A stretch of 64,000 bases of DNA from a bacterium. Lineage in GTDB: Bacteria > JAMCPX01. A program made the position numbers and the translations under genes. Location: the NCBI GenBank assembly GCA_037439545.1, contig JBBIVV010000001.1:64001-128000 (forward strand), written 5' to 3'. The notes below the pieces were generated by a model, which was given only the letters and a program-made list of their open reading frames with translations, was not told the origin of the DNA and did not search any database. Positions 19,966 through 29,202 of the stretch are shown one piece after another (positions within the stretch are counted from its first letter, which is position 1; every line of letters begins with the position of its first letter).

Positions 19966-20132
19966 GTTATCCAAAAAATATTTTTTCATCTTGACAAATT
20001 AATATTCATAATGTAAAAAGAAGATAATGAAAGTAATTAATCTCAAAATTAGAGGAGATAATTATAATTACTGAAGCAAATAATTATAATGTGATATTTT
20101 CAGAAAGTATGGAAAACATCTTTTTGGATAAC
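19966..20132. repeat. 24-bp imperfect inverted repeats bracketing an AT-rich promoter-like segment
   Basis: GTTATCCAAAAAATATTTTTTCAT (19966-19989) versus the reverse complement of 20109-20132, GTTATCCAAAAAGATGTTTTCCAT; 19/24 identical, outer 12 perfect. Confidence 0.6.
19991..20090 (+). promoter_or_regulatory. putative sigma70 promoter region for the microprotein gene
   Basis: TTGACA(19991)-17-TAAAAA; perfect TATAAT at 20063 and 20085 inside a repeated ATAATTATAAT. Confidence 0.45.
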
Positions 20133-20247
20133 CGCTCGTCTTTACCCGATCAGTTTCTTTTTAAATCCTGTTTGAATCAAACCGCATTTCTTAACCGGTC
20201 TATGATAACGCTATCAATTCATTTCAACATAAAGGAGGTGAACAATA

Positions 20248-20298
20248 ATGGCAACAAAGAAGAAAGCCAAAAAAGCAGCAAAGAAAAAGAAGAAGTAA
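20248..20298 (+). CDS. 16-aa lysine-rich microprotein MATKKKAKKAAKKKKK
   Basis: SD AAGGAGGTGA, ATG at 20248, TAA at 20296-20298, intrinsic terminator follows; absent from the ORF track. Confidence 0.75.
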   Translation: MATKKKAKKAAKKKKK

Positions 20299-20329
20299 GC
20301 TGAACTCATTGGAATTTACCACCTGCTTA

Positions 20330-20367
20330 GGGCTGAACCTGCTTTGACAGGTTCAGCCCCTTTTTTT
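20330..20367 (+). terminator. rho-independent terminator
   Basis: 12-bp stem GGGCTGAACCTG/CAGGTTCAGCCC, 6-nt loop, T7 tail. Confidence 0.9.
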
Positions 20368-20644
20368 CATGAAAAGATGATCCATCTGAAATAAGTATAG
20401 TAAGAATAAGAATCAACTGTCAATAAATTTATAAATAGTCGTAAAAATTATATTAATTAGCAACTTGTATGTAGTGTGAATATGTAATATAGCTATATCT
20501 TATAACTAATAGAAATATAAGGTAATAATACGACTACACTGTAAATAATGTATATCAGGGTAAAATGTAATATTTTTGTGATTTTACAACTAATTGTAGT
20601 TGTTTATAATTCCTATTCTACATATTGGTGTTAAATGTATTGGC

Positions 20645-21430
20645 TCAAAAGTGCATAACCAGGCTCAGTCCCATGCTTAAATTGTTTAAAGGAGCAAGAT
20701 ATTTATTGCTATTATTGTAAAGATTGATGTGCCTGTACTTGAGTTCAGTCGCTATAGATGATGTGCTGCTTAAATATGTTTCTAAACCTATGATTCCCTG
20801 TCCCCCGATTCCAAATCCGTGAGATTCGATCTGATAAGCAGTAGTATTTTGTTTAATCTGTAATCCTGCAAGATAAACGGGTCCTACACCGGCATATAAA
20901 CTGAAACTGTTCATGGGAATGAAAATCAATATGTTAACGGACAGCGGGAATCCGGAATAAGATGTATTTGTGGTGGTCCCCGAAAAATTTCCCGAGAGTA
21001 TACCGTAGAGATAGTCTGCTTCACAGGACAACATCAAATCTTCCGTTAAGCCGTATCTTCCGGCTATACCGAGATAGCCTATCGAGCCCGACTGGCTGTT
21101 AGTATCGTTTGACAGGCTCGGGTTGTCGATACTGTAGAAAGAATAGGCAAGAGAAGCTGCCGCTGACCATGTATTTTTGATGGATCTGCCGCCCGTGTTC
21201 GGAGAAACGTAAAAGGATTCAGGCATTGCAATGGATGCAGGTGACGTGACAGCCGCTGCCGTTATGCCGTTATTCATATTCTCCGTTTCAGCTCCGTAGA
21301 CCTGTGCAATTGAAAATACCGGCACGAGTAGAAACACCGATAGAGCTATTATAAGCCTTTGATACTTCTTTCCTTGTGCTTCACGAACCTCTCCTTTGAC
21401 CGCGTCTCTGTTCATAATTTTATTCATCAA
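20645..21430 (-). CDS. outer-membrane beta-barrel protein (OmpW/OmpA-barrel-like)
   Basis: Signal-like hydrophobic stretch; LYAGVGP, GQGIIGLE and ELKY strands; terminal Phe. Confidence 0.6.
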   Translation of the reverse strand: MMNKIMNRDAVKGEVREAQGKKYQRLIIALSVFLLVPVFSIAQVYGAETENMNNGITAAAVTSPASIAMPESFYVSPNTGGRSIKNTWSAAASLAYSFYSIDNPSLSNDTNSQSGSIGYLGIAGRYGLTEDLMLSCEADYLYGILSGNFSGTTTNTSYSGFPLSVNILIFIPMNSFSLYAGVGPVYLAGLQIKQNTTAYQIESHGFGIGGQGIIGLETYLSSTSSIATELKYRHINLYNNSNKYLAPLNNLSMGLSLVMHF

Positions 21431-21463
21431 AATTATTCTCCTTTAAAACATATTGATCCTTAA

Positions 21464-23248
21464 TCAATCCTTCTCATACAGGGCATCGAGCCGTGCTTTA
21501 AAATGTTCTATGACTATGTTTTTCTTTATCTTCATCGTTGGAGTGAGCTCGCCTGATTGCAGAGTAAACTCATGGTCCGACAGTATGAATTTTTTTATCG
21601 TTTCGAATGATGCAAGCTTATCATTAAACCTGTCAATTTTCTGCTTTATGAATTCATAGACCCGTGTGCTCTGCGTCAGATCGGCATAATCATTGAAAGG
21701 CACGTTGTTCTGCCTTGCCCATTCAAATATTTCCTGCTCATTGAGCACGAGAACTGCCGTCAGATACTTCTTGTTGTCTCCGAATGCAACACACTGCGCA
21801 ATATACGGATCTGTCGTAAACAGGTTTTCGATGTTCTGAGGTGTTATATTTTTGCCTCCTGCAGTTATGATGAGGTCTTTCTTTCTGCCTGTGATCCTGA
21901 CAAAACCATCTTTATCGATGTCACCGAGATCGCCCGAATGGAGCCAGCCCTGCTCATCGATCATTGCAGGTGTCCCTTCAGGTTTTTTATAATAACCTTT
22001 GAAAACAGCGGGACCTTTCATAAGAATCTCGCCGTCATCCGCTATCTTTACCTGCATGCTTGGGAGAGGTTGCCCGACATAGCCTATCTTGAACTTTCCC
22101 TCATAACTGACGATTGCCGGAGCAAATGTCTCTGTCATGCCATAGCCTTCGTATATGGGGATACCGAGTGCATTGAAGAATTCAATTATGGTGGGCGACA
22201 GAGGGGCTGCGGCAGTAATCCCTATCCTCAATCTCCCGCCTAATTTCTTTTTCAGCTTATTGAAGACAAGAGCATTTGCTACGATGTAATTCATTTTTAA
22301 CCGGCATGGCAGTGGCTTTTTTGCAAGCCTGTAGGGCAGGGATGCCTTTCCGGTATCCAATGCCCAGTTAAACAGGACCTTCTTGATCTTCGGTCCATTC
22401 TGAATCTCGTTGATAATGCGTGCGTAGATCTTTTCATACACCCTTGGCACGCCCGGGAGTATGGTCGGTCTTACCTCTAAAATATTTTTTGCGACTGTAT
22501 CGAGGCTTTCTGCGTAAGCATATATCATGCGTACATATATGGCTCCGAACTGGTTTATTCTTTCGTATGCATGTGCAAGCGGCAGATAGCCGAGCGTTAT
22601 GTCACCGGGCATATTGAATGTCAGAGTCAGAAGATCTTTCAGGTTTGCAATAATATTTTCATGAATAATCTCGGCGCCCTTTGGCGGTCCTGTCGTTCCC
22701 GATGTGTATATAATGGTTGCGGTATCATTCATCGTTATCCTGTTCATGCGGGTTTTTATCTCGTCAGGATTGAGGTTGTCTTCTCCAAGTTTCTCAAGCT
22801 GTCGTAAGGTAATGACCTTGTCGTTTTTTACGGATACGTCTTCGAAAACTATGATTTTACCGATCTTCGGCAGATCCCCGATAACATTCAGTACCCTGTT
22901 TAGTGCAGCGTCATTCTCGACAAAAACAGCCCTTGAATCGGAATTATCAAGAATAAATCTGACATCATGATCAAGCAAGGACGGATATATCGTTGCAGTA
23001 ATCCCTCGTAAAGACAGAATAGCCATATCTGCCAGTGTCCACTCGACCCTTGTCGATCCCATTATGGCAATCTTGTCCGTTTCATTGATGCCAAGCTTGA
23101 TAAGGCCTGAAGCAATCTTCTCGACCCTGGTCCAGAACCATTGAGCCGATCTGGTCACATATATATCCTTTTCTTTGAACATCAATGCAGGGTCGTCAGG
23201 CATATCTTTTGCCCTCTTGTAGAGACTATGAACTATATTTTCTTCCAT
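21464..23248 (-). CDS. long-chain fatty acid--CoA ligase
   Basis: IIYTSGTTGPPKG, YEGYGMTE, GWLHSGDLG, TGRKKDLIITAGGKNI. Confidence 0.92.
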   Translation of the reverse strand: MEENIVHSLYKRAKDMPDDPALMFKEKDIYVTRSAQWFWTRVEKIASGLIKLGINETDKIAIMGSTRVEWTLADMAILSLRGITATIYPSLLDHDVRFILDNSDSRAVFVENDAALNRVLNVIGDLPKIGKIIVFEDVSVKNDKVITLRQLEKLGEDNLNPDEIKTRMNRITMNDTATIIYTSGTTGPPKGAEIIHENIIANLKDLLTLTFNMPGDITLGYLPLAHAYERINQFGAIYVRMIYAYAESLDTVAKNILEVRPTILPGVPRVYEKIYARIINEIQNGPKIKKVLFNWALDTGKASLPYRLAKKPLPCRLKMNYIVANALVFNKLKKKLGGRLRIGITAAAPLSPTIIEFFNALGIPIYEGYGMTETFAPAIVSYEGKFKIGYVGQPLPSMQVKIADDGEILMKGPAVFKGYYKKPEGTPAMIDEQGWLHSGDLGDIDKDGFVRITGRKKDLIITAGGKNITPQNIENLFTTDPYIAQCVAFGDNKKYLTAVLVLNEQEIFEWARQNNVPFNDYADLTQSTRVYEFIKQKIDRFNDKLASFETIKKFILSDHEFTLQSGELTPTMKIKKNIVIEHFKARLDALYEKD

Positions 23249-23308
23249 ACCACCTCCGCTTCTTCTTAAAGCCCATTAACACATTTACAAAGTATTGTGA
23301 AGTAGCAA

Positions 23309-23336
23309 TTGACATAATCAATGATTCTGATAAAAT
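23309..23336 (+). promoter_or_regulatory. sigma70 promoter of fur (probably leaderless)
   Basis: TTGACA-16-TAAAAT; ATG 7 nt downstream; no SD. Confidence 0.55.
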
Positions 23337-23343
23337 AAAAATT

Positions 23344-23799
23344 ATGGATGACAGGGCGATTTTGAGAAAAAAGATTATTTCAACACTCAGAGAGAATGGA
23401 TTGCGAAACAGCTCTAAAAGGAACGCGGTTATCGGTGCTTTTGTCAAAAGCAGAAAACATCTTAATGCGGATGAACTATACTTCATTGTAAAAAAGATAA
23501 AGACAGGCATTGGTTTTGTTACCGTCTACAGGACACTGAAACTCCTCGTCCAATACGGCTTTGCGAGGGAAGTAGATTTCAAGGACGGATTCACAAGGTA
23601 TGAGATAAAGGACGAGCTTTCAAACCAGCACGACCATCTTATTTGTATTACCTGCGGTAATATAACGGAATTCAAGAACAATGAAATAGAGATAATGAAG
23701 CGGCGGGCACGCCTGAAAACTGGATTTAAACCGCTGTATCACAGGCTTGAGATCTTTGGTGTGTGCAGGGAATGCCAGGAAAAAGGGAAAAGAACTTAA
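23344..23799 (+). CDS. fur: Fur family transcriptional regulator
   Basis: HLNADEL, TVYRTLKLL, HDHLICITCG, GVCREC; start moved to MDDRA. Confidence 0.9.
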   Translation: MDDRAILRKKIISTLRENGLRNSSKRNAVIGAFVKSRKHLNADELYFIVKKIKTGIGFVTVYRTLKLLVQYGFAREVDFKDGFTRYEIKDELSNQHDHLICITCGNITEFKNNEIEIMKRRARLKTGFKPLYHRLEIFGVCRECQEKGKRT

Positions 23800-23844
23800 G
23801 GATCCGGACAGCTGAGACTTTAAGGAATAAAAGGATGTAGAACG

Positions 23845-24126
23845 ATGAAATTGAACAATGATGAGATTCAGGGCTTAAGCGAGTTCCTCGCCAAATTGCT
23901 TGTAGAAAAAAATCATGTCATAAAAAATGTCAAAGTGGATGATATCCGCTCCGCTATCTATAGTATCATTTCCGTGGATATGAGCAGAGAGGATAAGCTG
24001 AACGAGGAAGTCAAGGACATTATGGAACGATACGACGCAGAGCTGAAGAGTGGAAAGCTGGACTACAATAAACTGTTCAATATGATAAAACTGCAGCTTA
24101 TTAAAGAGAGGAAACTCATTGTATGA
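23845..24126 (+). CDS. DUF507 family protein
   Basis: MKL...EDKLNEEV...DYNKLFNMIK..LIKER pattern. Confidence 0.7.
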   Translation: MKLNNDEIQGLSEFLAKLLVEKNHVIKNVKVDDIRSAIYSIISVDMSREDKLNEEVKDIMERYDAELKSGKLDYNKLFNMIKLQLIKERKLIV

Positions 24127-24410
24127 GCCGTCTGAGCGAAGAGCGGATTAGTTATATAGCTCACAACATAATCAGTAACCTTATAAAAAACAATTTTATA
24201 GATCCGACCAGAAGGGGAGAAGTCCTTACAGTCCTGAAGAAAGGTTTTGCGGATTTTGAGGCCTTCAATGATCGCATTGACGAAGACGCCAGGGCGAGAA
24301 TAGCGTCCTTATCAAAGAAGGTGCCGGAGGGTAGTGATGAGTGGAAGATACTCTACGCAAAGTATAGAGCAGAGATTTTGAAGAAGCAAAAGGTTCCGAC
24401 GATAAAATAA
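24123..24410 (+). CDS. DUF507 family protein
   Basis: RLSEERISYIAH...VPEGSDEWKILYAKY pattern. Confidence 0.75.
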   Translation: MSRLSEERISYIAHNIISNLIKNNFIDPTRRGEVLTVLKKGFADFEAFNDRIDEDARARIASLSKKVPEGSDEWKILYAKYRAEILKKQKVPTIK

Positions 24411-24420
24411 GGAGGGTAAG

Positions 24421-24651
24421 ATGAAAGAGCTTTTAGAAAAGATTGCAAAAGCGATGGTGGATAATCCGGAAGAGGTTAAGGTAAATGAGATTGAAGGCGA
24501 ACATACGGTTGTTTTGGAGCTGAGTGTTGCGAAAACCGATGTCGGTAAGATTGTGGGCAAGGAAGGGAATCATGCAAAAGCGATACGGACTATACTGCTC
24601 GCTGCAAGCGGGAAAAAAGGGAAGAGGTATAGTCTTGAGATTATCGGATAA
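24421..24651 (+). CDS. khpA: KH-domain RNA-binding protein (KhpA family)
   Basis: MKEL..IAKAMVDNPEEV...DVGKIVGKEG..AKAIRT. Confidence 0.88.
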   Translation: MKELLEKIAKAMVDNPEEVKVNEIEGEHTVVLELSVAKTDVGKIVGKEGNHAKAIRTILLAASGKKGKRYSLEIIG

Positions 24652-24705
24652 TTCTTGGTATGCTTAAGCTTTTTCAAAAGCCTTAGCCGTTTCGATTTAT
24701 TGTAA

Positions 24706-25836
24706 GTGCGGGTTCTATACATGGATTTTATAAAGGGGATACCGAAACTGAGTTCATCGATATCTTACAATACGCTGAGCCTTACGCCTACTGAAGGATA
24801 TTTCCTTTCAAGGATAGACGGGGTGAGTTCTGTAGAGGAAATCGCTTCTCTCAGCGGGCTCCCTTATGATCAGGCCATAGGCGTAATAAAATCCCTTTGG
24901 AATAAAAAGGTCTTTGCAGTCGAGGGGGTCGAACAGAGTGCCGGTGAAGAAAATGATGTTGATTTAAACGAAGATGAAAGATATGCTATAGAAAAAATGG
25001 CTAAAACGACGGAGAATGGCACCTATTATCAGATACTTTCCCTGCCTTTTGACGTTAAACCGGAACAGGTAAAGGTAAGGTTTTTCGAGCTTTCCAAAAG
25101 CTTTCATCCGGACAAATATTTTAGGAAGAACATAGGCAGATACAAAGACATGCTTACGATGATTTTCAAGAAGATGTCGGAAGCTTATGAGGTGTTGTAT
25201 GACCCTCAGAAAAAAAGATGGTATGATTCGGAGCTGAGGAAGCCAAAGCCGTCAGAACCAAGCGCTGCCCAAAAGCCGCCGGCTCCGAAAATTAATACGA
25301 CAGCCGAAGTCATAGAGGTAAAGAGTGTACAGAAACGGCAGGCGCAGGAGGAAACAAACAAAAGCCGGAATGATATCGATAGTACCGAAGAGACCCAGGC
25401 TTATGAAGACGAGGATAACATAAGTGAATCTGTAAGCACTGAAGAGACCGTGGAGTTTGAGAAACCGGAATCCGTTGATTCCATTATAGAACAGAAGATC
25501 GCCCTTATTAAGGAGAATCTTGACAAAAATATGCTCGATCAGGCTTTAAAGGAAATGGACATAGTCAAGAATATCAAGGATGTAAGAATACCTTTACTAA
25601 TGGCAAATTATTATTTAAAAGAGAATGATCTTTTAAGTGCCAAAGATTATGCAAGGACGGCGGTAGAATACGATGAAAAGAATATAAAAGCTTACGAAAT
25701 ACTTGGCAGCATATACATGAAGTTTAAGCTATACAGAAACGCATTAAAGGTGTATGAGACAATTATAAAGGTTACTCCGGATAATATCTATGCGGTTAAA
25801 ATGATAAAAGAAATAAAATTATTAATAGAGGATTAA
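24706..25836 (+). CDS. J-domain protein with N-terminal winged-helix-like module and C-terminal TPR
   Basis: YYQILSL...FHPDKY...[19 protein letters not shown] at the C-terminus; start may be 24721. Confidence 0.85.
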   Translation: MRVLYMDFIKGIPKLSSSISYNTLSLTPTEGYFLSRIDGVSSVEEIASLSGLPYDQAIGVIKSLWNKKVFAVEGVEQSAGEENDVDLNEDERYAIEKMAKTTENGTYYQILSLPFDVKPEQVKVRFFELSKSFHPDKYFRKNIGRYKDMLTMIFKKMSEAYEVLYDPQKKRWYDSELRKPKPSEPSAAQKPPAPKINTTAEVIEVKSVQKRQAQEETNKSRNDIDSTEETQAYEDEDNISESVSTEETVEFEKPESVDSIIEQKIALIKENLDKNMLDQALKEMDIVKNIKDVRIPLLMANYYLKENDLLSAKDYARTAVEYDEKNIKAYEILGSIYMKFKLYRNALKVYETIIKVTPDNIYAVKMIKEIKLLIED

Positions 25837-25838
25837 CT

Positions 25839-27416
25839 ATGAGTAAAGTAATAGGAATAGATCTTGGAACCACGAATTCATGTGTAGCGATGATGGTCAA
25901 TAAGCAGCCTGTCGTAATACCCAACAAGGCGGGTTACAGGATAACCCCGTCATATTTCGCAATAACAAAAGACAACAAAAAGCTTGTCGGGAACCTTGCA
26001 AAACGCCAGGCGGTAATTAATCCCGACAATACGGTATTCGCCTTTAAACGGCTTATAGGGAGAAGGTTCGATGCACCGGAATCAGAGGTAGCACAGAAAA
26101 ATGTCGCTTATCGTCTCATCAAAGGACCGAACGAGGATGTCAGGATAAATATTGCAGGCAAAGACTACAGTATACCCGAGATATCCGCAATGATACTCAT
26201 AGAAATGAAAAAGGTTGCCGAAGAGTACCTTTCGGAAGAGGTCAAAGAGGCTGTTATAACAGTGCCTGCGTATTTCAACGACAACCAGAGACAGGCGACC
26301 AAAGATGCCGGAAAGATAGCGGGGCTCGATATCCTCAGGATCATAAATGAACCTACGGCAGCGGCAATAGCGTATGGCTTGAACAGGCATGTCGATAATG
26401 AGAAAGTGCTTGTTTATGATTTTGGCGGCGGTACGTTCGATGTATCCATACTCGAGATCCATAAAGGCGTGTTTGAGGTCATATCGACATCCGGCGACAC
26501 ATACCTCGGGGGAGAGGATATTGACAACAGGCTCATACAGCTCTTTTTAAAGGAAATAAAAGATACAATAAACATCGATCTCGTTTCGGACAGAATGGCG
26601 CTTCAGAGGTTGAAAGAGGCTGCAGAAAAAGCCAAGATAGAACTTTCAGGCGGCATGGAATCGATGGTCAACCTTCCGTTTATCGCTTATGATAAGACGG
26701 GACCAAGACACTATACTCGCAGGATTACGCGCCACGAACTTGAACAGCTCTCCGTGGATCTGATCGATAAGACTATCGGCATAGTAAAACAGGCGCTTGA
26801 AAATGCAAAACTAAGCACTTCTGATATAAATGAGATTATACTTGTCGGCGGTCAGACAAGGATGCCATTGCTCGTGGAGAAGGTAAAGAAGTTTTTCGGC
26901 AAAGCTTCGCACAAGGGCGTTAACCCCGATGAAGTCGTTGCAATAGGTGCTGCAATTGATGCAGTTGCTCTTGCTGAAGGTTCGAGTGATATGCTGCTCC
27001 TTGACGTTACCCCGCTTTCACTCGGTATTGAGACCCACGGTGGTGAATTTGCCAAGATCATAGAGAGGAATACGACAATCCCTGTAAAAAAGAGCCATGT
27101 TTTTACCACATCGTACGATAACCAGAGTGCAGTAAGAATAAGGGTCTTTCAGGGGGAAAGCAAATCAGCGGAGGATAACGAATTGCTCGGAGAATTTATA
27201 CTGTCAGGCATCAGAATGACAAAGAAGGGTGAACCGAGGATAGACGTCAGCTTTGATATCGATAACAACGGTATCGTGAATGTCTCGGCAGTCGATCTCG
27301 ATACGGGACTCGAAAACAAGATAGAGATCATGTCAAGCAGTAAACTGACGGAAGATGAGATTAAGACCATGTCGGATGAAGCCCATCTTTATGAAATTGA
27401 TCTGAAAGACGAATGA
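25839..27416 (+). CDS. Hsp70/DnaK paralogue with truncated C-terminal lid
   Basis: [46 protein letters not shown]; only 525 aa. Confidence 0.92.
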   Translation: MSKVIGIDLGTTNSCVAMMVNKQPVVIPNKAGYRITPSYFAITKDNKKLVGNLAKRQAVINPDNTVFAFKRLIGRRFDAPESEVAQKNVAYRLIKGPNEDVRINIAGKDYSIPEISAMILIEMKKVAEEYLSEEVKEAVITVPAYFNDNQRQATKDAGKIAGLDILRIINEPTAAAIAYGLNRHVDNEKVLVYDFGGGTFDVSILEIHKGVFEVISTSGDTYLGGEDIDNRLIQLFLKEIKDTINIDLVSDRMALQRLKEAAEKAKIELSGGMESMVNLPFIAYDKTGPRHYTRRITRHELEQLSVDLIDKTIGIVKQALENAKLSTSDINEIILVGGQTRMPLLVEKVKKFFGKASHKGVNPDEVVAIGAAIDAVALAEGSSDMLLLDVTPLSLGIETHGGEFAKIIERNTTIPVKKSHVFTTSYDNQSAVRIRVFQGESKSAEDNELLGEFILSGIRMTKKGEPRIDVSFDIDNNGIVNVSAVDLDTGLENKIEIMSSSKLTEDEIKTMSDEAHLYEIDLKDE

Positions 27417-27994
27417 TGAAAAAGCCGGAATATATTCTGAAAAACGAAGAAATCCTCCATATCTTTGAGTCCGGACTTGACAGTTTTGCACTGGGTGATT
27501 TTATAGCAGCTCAGAAATTGTGGAAAAAGGTCCTTGAGCTCGATCCGGAGAACGAGCTTGCCATGGACTACATTCGCTCCATGGAGGAAGAGATACCTTT
27601 TGAAGACAAGAAGCTTGCGGACAAAGAGCTGCTCGACGAGGCGATAAGACTTATAGGAAAAAATCAGCTTGAACCTGCTTATGAGTTGCTCGAAATGATA
27701 CTGAAAGACGCTCCCGGCAATAAAAAGGCGCAGAAATTTCTTGATACGACAAAAGGATTGTTATTGAAAGATTATGTCAATGAGATCGGAAGTACCAGCT
27801 CTATCATAAAATTGAAGAAAGACATGAATGAGATTATGAAGATAAACCTCACGAGAGAGTCGGCGTTCATCATCGCGACGATAGACGGCAGTCTGAGTGT
27901 CGATGAACTCCACGCTTTGAGTAATGTTGACAGATTCAGCTTTATGAGAAATCTGGTTATGCTGTTGAGAAACGATATTATAAATATAAATTAA
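27413..27994 (+). CDS. TPR protein with C-terminal winged-helix-like module
   Basis: [38 protein letters not shown] module. Confidence 0.7.
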   Translation: MMKKPEYILKNEEILHIFESGLDSFALGDFIAAQKLWKKVLELDPENELAMDYIRSMEEEIPFEDKKLADKELLDEAIRLIGKNQLEPAYELLEMILKDAPGNKKAQKFLDTTKGLLLKDYVNEIGSTSSIIKLKKDMNEIMKINLTRESAFIIATIDGSLSVDELHALSNVDRFSFMRNLVMLLRNDIININ

Positions 27995-28009
27995 TCTGAG
28001 GAGACGAAC

Positions 28010-29194
28010 GTGAAAGAGATAAAGAAGGTTGTCGTGGCGTATTCCGGCGGACTGGATACATCGGTTATACTGAACTGGTTAAAGGAAAAATACAACTGTG
28101 AGGTCATTGCATTTATAGCTGATTTGGGGCAGGGTGAGGCGCTCGAAGAAATAAAAGAAAAGGCATTAAAAACAGGTGCGAAACAGGCATATATAAAAGA
28201 TGTGAAGGACGTTTTCGTGGCGGATTATATATTTCCGATGCTGCGGGCAAATGCCCTGTATGAGGGCGCATATTTGCTCGGAACATCCATTGCAAGACCA
28301 TTGATAGCAAAAACGCAGATGGAAGTTGTAAAAGAGACCGGGGCCGACGCAGTTGCACATGGTGCAACAGGCAAAGGCAACGATCAGGTCAGGTTTGAAC
28401 TTACCTATTATACCATTGATCCGAAGATCCATGTTATTACTCCATGGAGGGAATGGGAGTTCAAATCGAGGACACACCTTATTGAGTATTCCCGGAAACA
28501 CGGTATTCCTGTTACGGCAACGAAGGACAAACCTTATTCGAGCGACAGGAATATATTCCACATAAGCTACGAGGGCGGCATTCTCGAGGACCCATGGTCA
28601 GAACCTCCATCGGACATGTACACCCTTATGACATCACCCGAGAAGGCCCCGGACAAACCCGTTTATATCGAGATATCTTATGAAAAAGGAAATCCGGTCG
28701 CGGTGAATGGCAAAAGGAAACAACCCCTCGAGTTGCTTGAGACCCTGAACAAAATAGGAGGAGAGAACGGCATCGGAAGGGTTGACCTTGTCGAGAACAG
28801 GTATGTCGGTATAAAATCAAGGGGTGTCTATGAAACACCGGGCGGGACGATACTTCACCATGCACACAGGGCAATGGAATCCATAACCCTCGATAGAGAA
28901 GTTTACCATATGAAGGACAGCATGATTACCAAGTATGCGGAGATGGTGTACTACGGCTACTGGTTTTCACCGGAAAGAATTGCACTCCAGAAGTTTATCG
29001 ATGAGACACAGAACAATGTGACCGGTGATGTGAGATTGAAATTGTACAAGGGTAATGTGCTTGTTGCCGGCAGGAGATCGCCTTACTCACTTTATAATCT
29101 GTCCCTTGCAACATTTGAAGAAGAGTATGTTTATAACCAGAAAGACGCTGAAGGGTTTATCAAGATTAACGCCCTCAGACTAAAACGATTTTAG
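28010..29194 (+). CDS. argG: argininosuccinate synthase
   Basis: [34 protein letters not shown]. Confidence 0.97.
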   Translation: MKEIKKVVVAYSGGLDTSVILNWLKEKYNCEVIAFIADLGQGEALEEIKEKALKTGAKQAYIKDVKDVFVADYIFPMLRANALYEGAYLLGTSIARPLIAKTQMEVVKETGADAVAHGATGKGNDQVRFELTYYTIDPKIHVITPWREWEFKSRTHLIEYSRKHGIPVTATKDKPYSSDRNIFHISYEGGILEDPWSEPPSDMYTLMTSPEKAPDKPVYIEISYEKGNPVAVNGKRKQPLELLETLNKIGGENGIGRVDLVENRYVGIKSRGVYETPGGTILHHAHRAMESITLDREVYHMKDSMITKYAEMVYYGYWFSPERIALQKFIDETQNNVTGDVRLKLYKGNVLVAGRRSPYSLYNLSLATFEEEYVYNQKDAEGFIKINALRLKRF

Positions 29195-29202
29195 GAGAAA
29201 CA

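Noticed and set aside
20091..20303. 70-aa ORF from the ORF track
   Set aside because: GTG start with no SD and no recognisable features; the strong SD points to the 16-aa ORF in another frame.
20538..20565. dif-like site ACTGTAAATAA-TGTATA-TCAGGGTAAAA (second candidate ending at 20636)
   Set aside because: The spacer matches E. coli dif, but the normally conserved XerD arm matches only 7/11 and lacks TTATG; the second candidate lacks the XerC-arm ATAA. Plausible by chance in AT-rich DNA.
19965..20644. oriC
   Set aside because: Only two one-mismatch DnaA-like boxes, and no dnaA, dnaN, gidA or parAB context.
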